Part shown: piece by piece, positions 27,538 to 38,899 of the stretch
How positions within the stretch are numbered: the stretch's first letter is position 1
Layout: every line of letters begins with the position of its first letter
Source of the DNA: Octopus sinensis
Lineage: Eukaryota
Assembly (NCBI RefSeq): GCF_006345805.1
Contig: NC_043004.1
Coordinates: 100,998,001-101,062,000, forward strand
Reading direction: 5' to 3'
Length of the DNA: 64,000 bases
Translations under genes and position numbers: made by a program
Notes under the pieces: model-generated
The model's database searches: none
Told to the model about the DNA's origin: nothing
What the model saw: only the letters and a program-made list of their open reading frames with translations

Positions 27538-27538
27538 C

Positions 27539-27591
<53 letters not shown>

Positions 27592-27640
27592 CATGTATGT
27601 ATTATGTATGCATACATATATATATATATATATAATATAT

Positions 27641-27671
<31 letters not shown>

Positions 27672-28159
27672 CTATATATATTAACAAGTAGAAAGATATA
27701 TTTTTCAACGCGTAAATACTGATAGAACAGGATGTATAGGATAAAATCCTTCTACAGCAGAAAAATTTGTCACTAACCAACTATGAGGAAAGAACTCTGA
27801 TATTGGGTCAGAGTGCTCTACTTTTAAGCTAAACTGCCGACCGACAAATTCTTCTGAAATGTTAGAAGCTATAAAGTCATCCAGAAACGCTAGATGTCAT
27901 ATAAATTACGTCAGATTTAAACAAACTTATGTTTGTTGAGAAAATTTAATATACAGGGTTTTTAAAGAAGTGGGGCGTATATATTTATGTATATATATAT
28001 AATATATATATCTATATATGTATGTATATATTTATATGTTTATATATGTATGTATATATATGTATATATGTATATATAATATATAATAATATATATATAT
28101 ATAGTATATATATATTATATATATATATATATATATATTATAATATATATATATATATA

Positions 28160-29245
28160 TACTTGATAAAACTTAGATAAAACTTAGATCATTATTTTCG
28201 ACCAGAGATTGGTCCAGGCCATGTCTAACTTTAATAGCACCACCTGATAGGATTATTCGAATCCTGTTTAAGTCAAGTTTTGTTCAAGTAGTGAGTTCTT
28301 GTTGGGTGAGTTGTATCCAGGTTTGTTCAAGTAGTGAGTTCTTGTTGGGTGAGTTGTATCCAATTATGGGTGGCTTGTCTGGTATTCTTTGAAGGAATCT
28401 ATCCAGACTCTGTTTGAGTTGATGGGATCCTTTTCCTCTTTGATCTCCCTCGGCAATGTTAAATAGGGCAGGGGCTGTTGAGGAAAAGAAATTATGTTGG
28501 CAGTGTACATGTATGTTGTGATCTTGAATTTGGCAGGGGACGTATAGCCCGTGGTCCAAGTCTCGGATGAACCTTGAAGCTAATGTTTAGGTCGTTTGGG
28601 CAAAGTTGGCGTATATTTCCACATCGTACAATGATGTACCGCTCACGGCGACGCTGGAGGGAGTAAAGTTCAAGGCTTTAAGGCGATCCCATAGTCGAGA
28701 GCAGCCATGCCTTCAATTTGTTTAGTGAGAGCCCTCTGGGGTGACTCAATTCTGGAGATGTTTTGTCTTGTGTGAGGAGACCACGTGGGCAGCAGTATTC
28801 AAGGTGTGGGCCGTACAAAGGATGAAAAAAGTGGTATGATGACACCTGTTCTCTGGACCCGGAAAGTTCTTAAGATCCAGAAACTCATCCTACGAGGCTG
28901 TATCGACCTTCTTGTTGATGTGTGCACTCCAACTGAGATCGTCATCAACAATTACACCCAGGTCTCTGATATTGTTAGAGGCTGTGAGCGGTTCCCCTGA
29001 AGGAAGAGAGTATGGTTGTTTTAGTGAGGAATTTCTTCCAAAATGCATCACAGCTCAAATTTTCCCTCATTCAGTTGCATTTTGTTTCTGTCTGCCCATT
29101 GACAACACAGCATATAGGTCAGACTGGAGTTGAGTTCGGTCTGCTTCTTCATTGACGATTTGCTGGAGCTTAGTGTCATCGCGAATATTTTCACTTTGCA
29201 GTGATGTACGACACTGAAAGGTCGTTTACATAATTATAAACAGAT
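28160..29245 (-). pseudogene. CR1-clade LINE, RT C-terminal part and 3' end with (TTTATCTAAG)-type tail
   Basis: LFII.VNDL..KIFA(D)DTKL..QLQSDL..QWAD, LVRPTLEYCCPTWSP, QRALTK..LYSLQRRRERY, LDRFLQRIPDKP; many 1-nt frameshifts. Confidence 0.9.
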
Positions 29246-29249
29246 CCCT

Positions 29250-29795
29250 CGCAGTCACTATCGTCCAATCTCACTCACCTCCCACAACATTAAAGTGTTT
29301 GAAAGAGTGTTAAGATCAAGGATAGCTGACTTCCTGGAGACCCACAAACTCTAAATTCAAATCAACATGGCTTTCGCTGTGGCAGGGACTGTCTAACACA
29401 GCTCTTACAACCACATTGAAGATGTACTCAAAGCCTTGGGAACAGGTCGAACTCTGACGTCATATACCTTGACTTCAGTAAAGCGTTCGACAGGGTAGAC
29501 CATAACATCCTACTCTCAAAATTGCAAATGTTGGAATCCGTGAAAAGTTCTACACTGGATTCAGTATTTCCTAGCGAATAGAACACCATGTAGTTGATGG
29601 AGTCCACTCAAAAAACCCAGCAAAAGTCACCAGCGGGTCCACCCAACTCAACTCACCCAACAAAAACTCACTACTTGAATGGACCATAAACAAAACTTGA
29701 CTTAAACAGGATTCAAATAATCCTATCATGTGGTGCTATTAAGTTAGACATGGCCTGGACCAATCTTTGTTTATCTACGTTTATCTAAGTTTATA
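29250..29795 (+). pseudogene. CR1-clade LINE, RT N-terminal part fused to a second 3' end
   Basis: YRPISLT..IKVFERV..QHGFR.GR..DVIYLDFSKAFDRVDHNILL..VTSG, followed by a jump to the 3' UTR (29645-29795). Confidence 0.9.
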
Positions 29796-30392
29796 TACAT
29801 ACATATATACGCATAACCCCCACTTCTTTAAAAACCTAGATATTAAATTTTAAAAATGAAGAGAAAAAGAAAATAAAGTGACACAAACGTTTCACATTTT
29901 GCAAAAATAGCTATTTGTGCCGAGACACACACCAAAGCCAGTGTCCAAATTTTAATAACTCGTAACATGACAACGCTAAAAGCACTGGACGTAGGTCCAA
30001 GCATGAAAAACGTGGGACGCGTAGGTAAGAGACAGTGCCTAGTTGTTCCAAGGCATATTTTGGGTTAGGTAATGAGGTTTTTTTAATCATTGCCAGATAA
30101 TAGGTAGAGTTGATGCTCCACAACCCCTGTCCCAGGTTGCTATTGAAAGATATAGGGCGACGAGATACAACAGTTACAACAAAGAAACTTGGGAGAGTAC
30201 GGGTAAATGGCGAGTACAGAGAGACTTATTCACTCAAGTTTTAACGGTTATCATCAAGGCATATGTAATTTGAGTATAGAGAAGACATTTTCATTAATAA
30301 ACTGAAATCGTCGATTAACGAGAGATGAAGATACATGTGGCAATTGGTTATTGTAACAATACCTGTTTGCGCATGACACAACCCATTCCTGC

Positions 30393-31270
30393 ACAATATA
30401 TTTCAAAGGCAAACGAAAATCGTACTTGCAACAGTTGGTGAGAATGCTAGGCGCGCATTTGTGCTCGTTGGACGTTGTCAGTAGCGTCATACTCACAACC
30501 AGCCTCATGCTAAGGCAAAATCTGTCACAACTGATACAGACTGAACACAGTACATCCGTAAGAAAAATTAACTCCGAACGAACACCGCAGCCAATTTGCT
30601 TTCTGCGATTTATTTACATTAAGTACGATACACAGCTATTTTACCTCATACTGCTTCCGTTGCGTATAAGTGATTAAATTGGGCGGCCATTTGTAAGACG
30701 AGTGATTGTTCATTCCCTGTTTTTCTATATCGATAAGTGAAGGCGCAATGACCCAGTGGTTAGGGCAGCGGACTCACGGTCATAGGATCGTGGTTCGATT
30801 CCCAGACCGGGCCGTTGTGAGTGTTTAGTGAGCGAAAAACACCTAAAAGCTCCACGAGGCTCCGGCATGGATGGTGGTGATCCCTGCTGTACTCTTTCAC
30901 CACGACTTTTTCTCACTCTTTCTTCCTGTTTCTGTTGTACCTGTATTTCAAAGGGCCGGCCTTGTCACTCTCTGTGTCACGCTGAATATCCCCGAGAACT
31001 ACGTTAAGGGTACACGTGTCTGTGGAGTGCTCAGCCACTTACACGTCAATTTCACGAGCAGGCTGTTCCGTTGATTCGGATCAACCGGAACCCTCATCGT
31101 CGTAACCGACGGAGTGCTTCCATTCATATCGATAGTGACAGATTTCGTCATAGTATGCGGCTGACTGTGAGTACACGCTACTGACATCACTCAACGTGAT
31201 AAAAATGTGAATCCAGCATACTCATCTGCTACTGCTCAGATGATTTTCGTCTGCTTCGAATATATATCGT
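30393..31270. mobile_element. old fold-back/MITE-like element with ~138-bp imperfect inverted arms
   Basis: 30393-30530 (ACAATATATTTCAAAGGCAAACGAAAATC..TGTCAGTAGCGTCATACTCACAACCAGCC..AAATCTGTCAC) aligns with the reverse complement of 31133-31270; no TSD resolved. Confidence 0.7.
30737..31125 (+). mobile_element. SINE family B, full length
   Basis: Near-identical to 13585-13970; TSD ATATCGATA at 30727-30735 and 31126-31134. Confidence 0.94.
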
Positions 31271-31473
31271 ACTTTTTCAACACAGCACGTCCATAGCATC
31301 TCCGGAAGAATATTGAAGTTAGTTGGGTTTTAGCAACAGATTACCATTAAGCACGATGCACATGGGCTATTTTAATCTAATACTTTTTCTGTTGCATATA
31401 GCGAATATGTGTGTGTATCGGTTTACATATATGGGTGCATGTGCGCGTTGGGTGCACGTATATCTGAACATAG

Positions 31474-31510
<37 letters not shown>

Positions 31511-31545
31511 GATGTGTGTAATGATATGTATGTGTGTATATACAT

Positions 31546-31645
31546 NNNNNNNNNNNNNNNNNNNNNNNNNNNNNNNNNNNNNNNNNNNNNNNNNNNNNNN
31601 NNNNNNNNNNNNNNNNNNNNNNNNNNNNNNNNNNNNNNNNNNNNN
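31546..31645. other. assembly gap (100 N) within a (TA)n tract
   Basis: Run of N. Confidence 1.
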
Positions 31646-31661
31646 TATATTTATATATATA

Positions 31662-31692
<31 letters not shown>

Positions 31693-31979
31693 GGTATAAA
31701 AATTATATATAAAGAAACAAGAACGTGAAATACACAAAGGGACGAACACAGAAAACAGACGGGTCATTCGAAGCCTTTAATCTTCAGTCAGAAACCGGAT
31801 CATCATAGCAAACTTCGGCTGATTAATTCTGATATTTGTTCCAATGCGGCCAGCCCCAAGAAAAAAATAAGCTGTGAGCATTAGATTTCTTGGAAAAAGG
31901 AACAAATGTAAACGCAACAAGGACAGAAAAACGGACGAAGCCACACGAATATAAATACAAAAAACGAAAACAGATATAT

Positions 31980-32054
<75 letters not shown>

Positions 32055-32191
32055 TTTAATAACTGTTTGATTCAGTTCCATATGACTTAAATTGGGCACA
32101 TAGGACACACCCCTGGTATTTGGTGAGATGTATTCTTCCTCTGTGCTCCCAAAACTCTAAGTCATGTAGATTGAGTCAAACTATTATTAAA

Positions 32192-32347
32192 TAATACCAG
32201 AGGGCGCACACTCTCCTACCCTGATGTAATCTCCAGGGATACAGGCATCCAGCAACAGGACCTCCGTAATGCTATGATCGACCGTGAAGTCTGGCGTAAC
32301 ATAGTAAATTCCATTGTCTCGACCACGGTCGAACAATGATGATGATG
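32192..32347 (+). mobile_element. 5'-truncated RTE-like LINE 3' end with (GAT)n tail
   Basis: RGRTLSYPDVISRDTGIQQQDLRNAMIDREVWRNIVNSIVSTTVEQ*; TSD ATTATTAAA at 32183-32191 and 32348-32356. Confidence 0.8.
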
Positions 32348-32929
32348 ATTATTAAAAAATGTATGTAACTCTTTCTCTCTACCTTTCTTCAGCGCTGTAG
32401 GAGAAATTAACTGAACTCAGGAAGACAAGCCAATAAAACACTATTCAGTTTTATAGTGCTGACACTGCTTACAGCAGTGAAATATATCAATCTCCAGTTC
32501 CTACTTAGAGCAGGTGAGAGTCAAGTTTTTCTAATGTTGGGGATTGGATTTGAACTACAGAACTCTCAATTGGTTGTTCCAGGACCTCCTCAATTCAACC
32601 ATTCCCTGTCTGGTATTAGGGGTGTATATGAAGTAAATGACTGAAGCACAGAAATTTGAAACTGGGTCATTAACTCCGTTCAGTGGGGGGAGCATATTTC
32701 GCTACTCTGAAGCACTTGTAACTTTATACCTTACCTCTTTCTACTTCTAGTTTCTCTGCATGTGTGTGTGTGTGTGTGTGCATGTGCATAAGTGTTTGAA
32801 TGTATGAAAGAGAGAGAGAGAGTTTCTCAGTGTGTGTGTGTGTGTGCATGTGTGCAGGGTGGTACATATGACTTAACCTTAATACTTAAGCATGTCACCT
32901 TTGTTATTACACAGCACCACTTAAACGAG

Positions 32930-33172
32930 AGTCATCGTTACAATCACCATCAGCATCAGTGCCTCGTCGTCATTGTCATGGTCATCATCATCATCATTGT
33001 CATGGTCATCATCGTCATCATCATTACCACCACCATCATCATCATCATCATCATCATCTTCATCACCACCATCATCATCATCATCATCATCACCACCATC
33101 ATCATCATCATCATCATCATCATCTTCATCATCATCACCATCATCATCATCATCACCTTCATCACCACCATT

Positions 33173-33203
<31 letters not shown>

Positions 33204-34395
33204 CCCCCATCCTCATCATCATCATCATCATTATGCTCATAGACATTGCTATCTTTTGTTAAGATAGATGCACTCATAATCTTCCATCAATGTCAGTACC
33301 TGGCTCATTACCAGACTTGTCATTATCCTTATTATTTTCACCACCGCCACCATCACCACCAAATCATTATAAGTACTCCCACTGTCATCATTCTCATCAC
33401 TACTGTCACCAGGTCACTGCCACCACCAGACCCTTACCATCACCATCCACACCACCAAACCATCACCTCCACCACTACAGTCCTCAAGTCCATTGCCAGC
33501 ACTAGTGCAACTTATGTTATTACCACCACCACCACCACCACCAATTTAACGAACCCTCATCACCATCATTAACATACCATTGCCGTCTCCAAGCCAGTAT
33601 CACCACTACAGACGCTGCCAAACCATCACTACCATCAGCAAATGAATATAATTAACACTACCATCTCCAACAGATTCAATATTGTTATACTATCACCACT
33701 TCTACCACTACCACCACCACCAACGACAACAACAGCAACATCACCACTGCTGGTGCTACCAAAGCATCACTATCACCACTATTAACACCACCAAAACCAT
33801 TTATCACCACTGTCACCTTCATCACCACCACCATCACAACCCCCACCACCACCATCATCACCACTATCACTACCATCACCAGCACCACCGCCATCACCAT
33901 CATCACCTCCACCATTCTCACCACTACCACCATTACCACCATCATCACCATCACCATCAACATCATCATCACCACTACCATTCTCACCACCATCACCACC
34001 ATCACCATCATCACCATCACCATCACCATCATCACCATCACCATCACCATCACCACCATCATCACCACCATCACCATCACTATCACCACCACCACCACCA
34101 TCACCATCACCACCATCACCATCATCACCATCACCAGCACCATCACCACCACTATCACCATCATCACCATCAACACCACCACCATCACCACCCCCTCCAT
34201 TCTCACCACCACCATCACTGCCACTTTCATCATTATACCACTACCTCAAAATAGAAACCCATAGAAACTGTCATCAACACCACACTCACCACTACCACCA
34301 CCATCACCACTACGACAACAGCTTCTACCCCCGCTGCCACTACTAGCATCACCATTACCATTGCAGCCGTAACCACCACTCCCACCACCTCCATA
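32930..34395. repeat. (CAT)n/(CAC)n low-complexity region
   Basis: Directly visible; source of the poly-His/Ile/Ser ORFs. Confidence 0.95.
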
Positions 34396-34836
34396 ATTCC
34401 ATATCAGTTCTATGAGTTTTTCAGAATCTTCTTTCTTTTCTTCTATCTGCACCTCCAGGTTGCTTTTAGGTCAAGTGCTACTGTAGTCTTGTCACCTTCT
34501 TTAAGTTTAATTCTCATTAGTTGCTCAGTTTATTCAAGTATGAGAGACAATGGTAGTGATAAGGGGTCTGCTTCAAGGATTATCATGGGTTTTTTTTTAC
34601 TTTGTTGGGTCTTTTTTTATAGGGAATGTGTGTGGTAGTGGGTAAGGGGTTAGTTATCTTTTGCAGAGGAAAGGATATTTGTTTTTGTAATAATTTAAAA
34701 TCTCACCACCACCATCACCGAGATATATGTTTCAAAATTTGGCACAAGGCCAGCATTTTTTTTTTCTTTTTGTTGGGGAGAAGAGGGTTAGTCAATTACA
34801 TCAACTCCAGTACTTAAGTCAGAACTTCATTTTATT

Positions 34837-35121
34837 GACAAGTAATATTCATAGCCACTTTGACATGGCTGTCCGTTCGAGCAGACACTACTGCGATTTT
34901 TCAACCCCAAGAGGACATCTCCTCTAGCTGGTTAACGATGCACAGCTGCATCCGATAAAACTGCAAGCAGGGGAGCGAACTCCTACCACCTGCGTGCAAT
35001 TACCAGATGCAACTGTGCATCGTTAACTAGCTAGAGGAGATGTCTTCTTGGGGTTAAAAAATCGCAGTAGTGTCTGCTCGAACAGACAGCCATGTCAAAG
35101 TGGCTACAAATATTACTTGTC
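34837..35121. repeat. ~285-bp near-perfect palindrome (probable MITE or transposon hairpin)
   Basis: GACAAGTAATATTCATAGCCACTTTGACATGGCTGTCCGTTCGAGCAGACAC.. pairs with ..GTGTCTGCTCGAACAGACAGCCATGTCAAAGTGGCTACAAATATTACTTGTC. Confidence 0.93.
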
Positions 35122-35362
35122 GGTATAACTACTGTGTTGATCTCTTAGGGTGATTTTAGAACCAGCGTTTTTGTTTGTTGCAAAATCAGCGACTGTGTGT
35201 TCACTTGTTCAGCTGGTACTTTTGATATAATTACCTGAAAGGATGACAAAAGTAAACCTAGGTAGCATTTGAACTCAGAAAATAAAAATAGGTGAAAAGC
35301 TGCTAAGCATTCTGTCCATTATGGTAATGATTCTGCTACTTTGCTGTCTTTGTGTTGCAGTA

Positions 35363-35752
35363 TACTCTTACTCTTTTACTTGTTTCAGTCATTTGACTGC
35401 GGCCATGCTGGAGCACCGCCTTTAGTCGAGCAAATCGACCCTGGGACTTATTCTTTGTAAGCCCAGTACTTATTCTATCGGTCTCTTTTGCCGAACCGCT
35501 AAGTGACAGGGACGTAAACACACCAGCATCTGTTGTCAAGCAATGCTAGGGCGACAAACACAGATACACAAACACACATACACACATATATACGACAGGA
35601 TTCTTTCAGTTTCCATCTACCAAATTCACTCACAAGGCATTGGTCGGCCAGGGGCTATAGCAGAAGACACTTGCCCAAGATGCCACGCAGTGGGACTGAA
35701 CCCGCAACCATGTGGTTGGTTAGCAAGCTACTTACCACACAGCCACACCTGC
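35363..35752 (-). mobile_element. SINE family A
   Basis: Matches the family A consensus. Confidence 0.92.
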
Positions 35753-36979
35753 TTAACAAAAGGTGCCCTGTCCCCAGGGGTTGTCATCAAAATGGAGCTG
35801 CAAGTCCTAATACTTTTTGAAAGCTATATTGCCATAAAGGAGCTGTGACCAGTAGAAGGTGCAGAGACAAAGGGCATAAGAATGATGATACAGGGTTGAA
35901 AGATTAGTTGTTATATTTGTCTGAGTATAACATACCTTAGAGCTAAATGCCTTGAAGAATTGGTAAGATTAAGTAAAAGCAAGGAAAATAGTGTGGAGCA
36001 ACAAAAGAAAGGACAACAAATCCTAGAACCTTCAACACCATAAGCTGAAACTTTGGGGGATGACAAAAAAAATATCTTTAAACCTAGTATCACAAAAAAA
36101 TATGCAAGTACCTCATCCTCTAACAGTACTAATATGCAGTACAACAACCTCATCTTGTAATGAGAAAGATATAATTAGATAGGAAAATACAAAAGGGAAA
36201 AATTAAGAAACGAAAATCACACAAAATAAACTCAACATAAAACAATGAAAACAGACAAGGTGGAACAATTTCTTTTAAATGATAATGAAATACCTTAGGA
36301 AAATGATAAAGACAATACAGAAGATAAAAATTAAGAATGATTTGCTATTCTTTGATAATCAAACAAACAGCTAACAAAGGAAATTATACATTTATGGTAA
36401 TGCAGACTCTCCACAATTAGGTTCAGAATAAAAAACAACATCCAAAAGATAAATTACTGATAAAATTAAAATTGATACATTACATCAAAAATGCTCACTG
36501 GTACGTTTGGTTGCACTCGAACACAGTTCAAGAAATGGTTATGAGATTGGTGTCATGAAGTACCCAACTCAACCCAGCCAGAAAAATCATTCTTGTCTTA
36601 TTTCTTTAAATGATACCTTGTTTTAATTATCATGTACTTTGTTATCTCTTGTGCACTATTTCATTTATTTCTGTGCAAATTTTCATATATACATATATAC
36701 ATGTGTATGTATGTGCATGTGTGTATGTACAAGTACATGTGTATTTATATGTAAGTACGTGAGTGTATATGGATATGTATGTGTGTTTATGTATATGCAT
36801 GTACATTTTGAATTTTAAGAATTTATTCCCAAATAATTTTTATAATGTCTCTCGCCCATTCTTTTCATAATTTGTAAAATTTTTTTTTTTGCACTTCACG
36901 TAAATCTTTCTTTGTAACTCGTGGTAAAAGTTTCAAGTTTTTTTTTATATTTTCAAGCCCTTGTGGCTAATAAAGAAAA

Positions 36980-37173
36980 GATCATCATCATCATCATCAA
37001 TATCATTGTCACCATCATCATCAATATCATTGTCACCGTCATCATTATCATCATCATCAATATCATTGTCACCGTCATCATCAATATCATTGTCACTGTC
37101 ATCATCATCATCATCATCAATATCATTGTCACCGTCATCATCATTATCATCATCATCATCATCATCATCATCG

Positions 37174-37213
<40 letters not shown>

Positions 37214-37405
37214 TGTCACCATCATCATCATTATCATCATCATCATCACCATTATCACTGTCATCATCATCACCTTCATCAATATCATCGTCATCATCAT
37301 CTTCTCCATCATTATCATCATTATCATTATCACCACCATTATTGCAATCATCATCATCATCATCATCGTCGTCCTCACCACCACCATCATCATCATCACC
37401 ATCAA
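36980..37405. repeat. (ATC)n with recurring ATCAATATCATTGTCAC units
   Basis: Directly visible. Confidence 0.93.
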
Positions 37406-38251
37406 GAGAAATTTCCAGATACCACTTGCCTCAATGACCTGCTTCCCATGAAAGATATAACTCAAGAAACATGTGCCCTTGGACAATCCGTATCTTGTTA
37501 TCCCCCAAAATGAAAGTCTACAAGATTTTGAATTGTAAAACTATGAAAATAAAGAAAAACAACATTTTTTTTTTTTTTTCAAATTTTGCTCATTGGGATT
37601 TTTCTTGAACCAGAACATTATTAAAAAAAAGAAAAATCATTAATGTTATTATTTGCAATTCTTCAAAGGCCATCTCTACCAATTACTTTGTTAAACCACT
37701 GGGTGGTCTCTGTCTCTATTTTGAAATGAAATGTGTCCTTATTGTATATACCCAATATACACTCTGAAGTATTAATTTCCTTTCCATTTCTGGGGATACA
37801 ACAATTATCTGTCTGGATGTTTGTCTATCTACAACTCTGCCCAGTTGTCAGTCGTGTTTGTCTAGCCTTCTTACCTCTCTGTCAAACTATTCTTCATCTG
37901 TATCCTACTTTTCTTTTTATCTGTCTGTCTCTCTAAGCTGTCTCGGGCAGTGCAGTTGACTAGAAACACACACCCTCCTACAGAGGGGGGGAAATATCCA
38001 TTCTTATTTGTTTATGACTTGAGAGCTACTTGGAGAATTTCCTTTCATATAGTCCAGTAAATTAGGTACATCCTGGAAAACATGTATACAAATATTGAAG
38101 ATTAACTTTCACTGAAATGTTATAACAATGTTTAAAGACTACTTGTGCTATTTCCTGGAATGTGTGTGTGTGTGTATACACACACTTACATATTCTTTTA
38201 TTATTTTACTTATTTCAGTCATTTGCCTGTGGTCAGGCTGGAGCACTGCCG

Positions 38252-38284
<33 letters not shown>

Positions 38285-38345
38285 ATGTATGTAAGTATGT
38301 ATGTATGTATGTATGTATGTATGTATGTATGTATATGTATATATG

Positions 38346-38406
<61 letters not shown>

Positions 38407-38899
38407 CACATATATACAGGTATATATGTGTATATATGTACATATGTATATATATATACATATATGTGTTTGTCTGTATGTATATATATGTGTGTATGTA
38501 TGCATATATATATATATATGTATGTATATATATATGTGTGTAGGTATGTATGTGTGTATGTTTGTATGTATACACACACTTATCTTGAGTAACTTATTGA
38601 TGTCTTTACAAAGCGATTATATATCCTCAGTCATGTCACTTTGAAGTGGAATGGTGGTCATATTTGTTACAAGCCATAATGTTTTAAATTCTATGGCTAA
38701 GTTAGAATAATTCCTTAGATTTTTCTTTTCAGCTCACTTCTACAGCACAAGGTATCACTGAAGATAGAGACTTAAAAAAGTCATTAGATTGTCAGATATA
38801 ATTTCATGCAGTGTTTGATCCAGCTCCACAGACTCTGAGTTCAAAACCCATCTTTTCCTTCCATCCTTTCACAGGTGATTGATGGTAAAGTAACAGTCC

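Noticed and set aside
32792-34254. Poly-His, poly-Ile, poly-Asp and poly-Met ORFs resembling His-rich or reflectin-like proteins
   Set aside because: Pure CAT/CAC repeats open in several frames on both strands; no signal peptide or reflectin motif.
35880-36600. A-rich, strand-skewed stretch resembling a LINE ORF1/endonuclease junction
   Set aside because: Too degraded to find any diagnostic motif.
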